This document shows, in pieces, positions 20,101-23,100 of a stretch of 32,038 nt of DNA (within the stretch, counting starts at the first letter, position 1; every line of letters starts with the position of its first letter). Source of the stretch: Candidatus Deferrimicrobium sp. (GTDB lineage: Bacteria; Acidobacteriota; Aminicenantia; UBA2199); contig DATGXF010001204.1 of NCBI GenBank assembly GCA_035299165.1, forward strand, positions 1-32,038, written 5' to 3'. The notes under the pieces were generated by a model. The model had not been told where the DNA came from. It was given only the letters and a program-made list of their open reading frames with translations, and ran no database searches. The position numbers were made by a program, and so were the translations under genes.

Positions 20101-23100
20101 ACACATCCGGTTCTACCGGCAAGCCCAAAGGGGTGATGGTGGGACACCGGAATATCATGAATTTTAACCAGGGAATCATTTCTAACATCCCATTTTCTCC
20201 GGGCAAAGCTATCCTGGCATTGACCACAATATCCTTTGATATATTTGTATTAGAAACTTTTCTACCGCTGTTAAATGGTCTTAAAGTAGTTATTGCCAAT
20301 GAGGAACAGCAAAAAGACCCCAGCTTGCTGGGAGAGACCATCGTTAAGCACTGTTTGGATATGCTCCAGGTAACTCCTTCCACCCTGCATATGTTAATTA
20401 GCCATAATGGAGAATTACATTGCTTACAAGGATTAAAGGAATTAATGGTAGGGGGGGAAGCGTTCCCTGATCATTTGTTTACCAGGGTAAAAGAGGCATT
20501 TAAAGGCAATATATATAATATGTATGGACCCACCGAGACTACAGTGTGGTCGGCATTAAAAAACCTTACCTTAGAAGAAACAGTAAATATTGGCACTCCC
20601 ATTGCCAATACCCAGATATTTATAGTGGATCGCTGCAACCGGTTACTACCGATAGGAGCATCCGGTGAGTTGTGCATTGGTGGAGATGGGGTAGCCCGGG
20701 GATATTTAAATCGTCCTGAATTAACCTCAGAAAAATTTTGCCGGCATTTATGGGTTGAGCGCCCCCGCCGGGGGCTTCAGCATTCAAAATTATATAGAAC
20801 CGGCGATCTGGCCCGTTGTCTCCTGGATGGAAATATCCAGTTTTTAGGTAGAATTGACCAGCAAGTGAAGGTTAGGGGATTTCGCATCGAATTGGGAGAG
20901 ATTGAAAGTCGATTACTTGAGTGCGAAGGTATTAAAGAGGCCGTTGTGGTTATAAAAGAAGGTGACGGCGCAGATAAATACATATGTGCTTATATTGTTT
21001 CCCATCCAGGAAATGTTTTAAGTGATATGAAATTAAGGGAAGAACTGGCCGCAAAATTGCCTTATTACATGATCCCATCCTATATCATACAATTGGAACG
21101 TATCCCTTTGACGCCCAACGGGAAAATCGACAGGAATGCGCTGCCTGCGCCGGCCATGGGAGAAGGCGAAGCCGGCACAGCCCCTCGAAATGATATGGAA
21201 AAGAAATTGGCGGGAATTTGGTCTGAGGTATTGGGAATGGCTAAAGAAAAACCAGGCATCGATCATAATTTTTTCCAGATAGGCGGCCATTCATTAAAAG
21301 CTGTGATAATGATATCCCGCATTCATAAAGTATTTAATGTGATCATATCCCTGGTAGATTTTTTCCAAAGGCCCACCATCAGGCAGTTGTCCGAATATAT
21401 TAAAAAAGCGGAATCGGATCGATTTTTCTCTATTGAGCCGGCAGAAAAAAAAGAATATTATCCTCTTTCATCAAGCCAAAAGAGGCTCCTTTTTCTTCAG
21501 CAATTGGAAGAATTCAATGTAGCTTACAATATGACGGCAGTATTGGAATGGCACGGGGTATTGAACAGGGAGGGGGTGGAAAGTACTTTCCAGCGATTGA
21601 TCGCACGCCATGAGAGTTTTAGAACTTCTTTTCATACGCATAATGGGCAGGCTGTGCAGCAGATACATCCCCAGGTGAAATTTGAAATCGAATATAACCA
21701 TGAAGCAGATATTGATACAGGTACAAAAAATTTTATAAAGCCTTTTGATTTGGGGCAGGCGCCACTGCTTAAAGTCCGTTTATCTGAAATTTCGCCGGGG
21801 CGGCATTTACTTATGGTGGATATGCATCATATTATCTCGGACGGGGTTTCTGTCCAATTGGCGATGCGGGATTTTATGCGACTTTATGGGGGGGAGGATT
21901 TGCCACCCCTGGGATTTCAATACAAAGATTATTCTCAATGGCAAAATGAACCGCAGCAAAAAGAAATATTAAAAAAACAACGGGGGTATTGGAGCGAAGA
22001 ATTTGCCGGGGATGTCCCCGTTCTTTCGCTGCCCCTGGATTATCCTCGCCCGTTGCTGCAGAGTTTTGATGGGGAAACCGTACATTTTGAATTAAACACT
22101 GAAGAAACTCGCGGATTACGGGCGACTGCCAAAAAAATACAGGGCACATTATATATGGTTCTGCTGGCCCTTTATACTGTTTTTCTTGCCAAAATGACCG
22201 GTCAGGAAGATATCGTAGTTGGAACGCCGGTAGCGGGTCGCAGGCATAAAGACCTGGAAGAGATCATCGGGAATTTTGTGAACACACTGGCATTAAGAAA
22301 CCGCCTCGAAGGGGGGATGACCTTCAAGGACCTACTGGACAAAGTGAAAGTAAATTTATTACAGGCCTTTGAGAACCAGGAGCATCCTTATGAAGATTTA
22401 ATTGAAGAAGTAGGTGTCAAAAGGGATACTAGCCGCAATCCACTGTTCGACGCGGCATTGGCCCTTCATAATGTGGATATGCCGGGTGAAATTTCCTGGG
22501 CTTCCAGCGGGAATATCAAGATAAAACCTGTGTCTATACCAGGGAAAACCTCTAAATTCGATTTGACATTGCAGGTCATCGAGGGTCAAGAAAAAATTGA
22601 TCTGGAATTTGAATATTGCAACAAACTCTTCATGCCTTCAACTATCCGGCGCTTTGTCGAATATTTTAAAGGAATCCTAAAAGAGGTACTGCCGGAGCCG
22701 GCAATCCGATTGAGAGAAATTTCCATTATTTCTCCGCAAGAAAAGCAGCAACTGTTAGCCGCTTTCAATCATACGCAGAGCCAATACCCTGAGTATCAGA
22801 CAATCGATCGGTTATTTGGAGAACAAGCGGTCCGGACGCCGGATGCTATTTCCGTCGCATATAACGATAATACAATCACATACAGAGAATTGGAATGCAG
22901 GGCCGGCCAGGTAACCGATTACCTCGGGAACAAGTGCGGCCTTAAGGCTGGCGAACTTGCGGCAATCCTGGCAAACCGCTCTGAAAATACCATCATCGGT
23001 ATGCTGGGGATATTGAAAGCGGGAGGGGCTTATTTACCTATCGATCCTGATTATCCGCAGGAAAGGATCGATTATATATTGCAGGACAGCGGAGCTAAAT

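Larger units (their letters stand above)
19580..21150 (+). other. A domain, module 5, predicted Gly-like
   Basis: YTSGSTGKPKG, ISFDIFVLETF, QVTPSTL, MVGGEAF, NMYGPTETTVWS, YRTGD, KVRGFRIELGEIE, PNGKIDRNAL. Code DILQMGMVWK against Gly DILQLGLIWK. Confidence 0.8.
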